This document shows, piece by piece, positions 36,013 through 36,328 of a DNA stretch of 36,328 bases (within the stretch, counting starts at the first letter, position 1; every line of letters starts with the position of its first letter). The notes below the pieces were generated by a model. It was not told the DNA's origin. It made no database searches and saw nothing but the letters and a program-made list of their open reading frames with translations. Made by a program: the position numbers and the translations under genes. Location: contig CAZHPN010000043.1 in NCBI GenBank assembly GCA_964534375.1, forward strand, positions 1 through 36,328, written 5' to 3'. The stretch is from an uncultured bacterium. GTDB lineage: Bacteria; Lernaellota; Lernaellaia; Lernaellales; Lernaellaceae.

Positions 36013-36328
36013 TCAGCGCCCGCAGCCGCCGTTCGTCGGGTTGGTCCCGCCGTGATTCGTCGGCGTGGCGTCGTCGTCGGCTGAGCCGGCGTCGTCGTCC
36101 GTCGCGTCGTTGTCGTCGTTGTCGTCGTCATCGGCGGTCGTGTCGTCGTCGTTGTCATCGTTGTCGTCGTCATCGGCGGCCGTGTCGTTATCGTCGTCAT
36201 CATCGGCGGCCGTGTCATCGTCGTCATCGCCAGCCGTGTCGTCGTCGTCATCGGCCGCCGTGTCGTCGTTGTCGTCGTTGTCGTCGTTGTCGTCGTTGTC
36301 GTTGTCGTCGTTGTCGTCGTTGTCGTTG
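36013..36328 (-). CDS. C-terminus of an Asp/Asn-rich protein ending GGCGR (gene starts beyond window end)
   Basis: Manual translation: ...NDNDDNDDN...DDTAADDDD...DDDAGSADDDATPTNHGGTNPTNGGCGR-TGA, open for at least 105 codons. Confidence 0.75.
   Translation of the reverse strand, partial: NDNDDNDDNDNDDNDDNDDNDDTAADDDDDTAGDDDDDTAADDDDDNDTAADDDDNDDNDDDTTADDDDNDDNDATDDDAGSADDDATPTNHGGTNPTNGGCGR

Noticed and set aside
35900..36015. Selenocysteine read-through of the TGA after GGCGR (selB is present and hairpins follow)
   Set aside because: Read-through would run antisense into the real 35395-35865 gene, there is no recognisable Sec motif, and the hairpins fit a terminator region between convergent genes.
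36000..36251. 83-aa Thr-rich ORF from the track
   Set aside because: Alternative frame of the Asp-rich repeat; the GAC/AAC frame ending at TGA 36013 is the more plausible coding frame.
1..36328. Hidden selenoproteins or tRNA-Sec
   Set aside because: The TGA stops I inspected fall at normal family C-termini, often in ATGA/GTGA overlaps. YedF and DUF3343 carry Cys, and no tRNA-like sequence was seen.

Overview
GC-rich, densely coding bacterial chromosomal window. A Gram-negative envelope is implied by lipoproteins, an RND/MMPL transporter and an outer-membrane barrel; the gene style suggests a deltaproteobacterium/Myxococcota-like organism (inference only). From left to right: a minus-strand selenium-utilisation operon (yedF, class-V cysteine desulfurase/Sec lyase, DUF3343-like, selB); surface-glycan modification genes; a four-gene putative trans-envelope lipid transport operon (BstC-like TPR lipoprotein, MMPL/RND with a large insertion, LolA-like carrier, OM beta-barrel); an alpha/beta hydrolase; mltG; the large Alu-containing SRP RNA followed by a decayed GxxExxY element with 14-bp terminal inverted repeats; dnaX-ybaB-recR; P5C dehydrogenase and a three-subunit sarcosine-oxidase/proline-dehydrogenase-like flavoenzyme; radical SAM, MBL phosphodiesterase and iron-sulfur flavoprotein genes; an ArsA/Get3-like ATPase with a coupled partner; and the Asp/Asn-rich C-terminus of a large protein. 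Many intergenic gaps hold inverted pairs of 7-, 8- or 9-nt tandem repeats. The best novelty candidates are the hybrid BstC/MMPL/LolA-like/barrel lipid transport operon and the repeat-bounded GxxExxY element with its gene-less relatives. All family calls come from motif recognition by eye; no searches were run.
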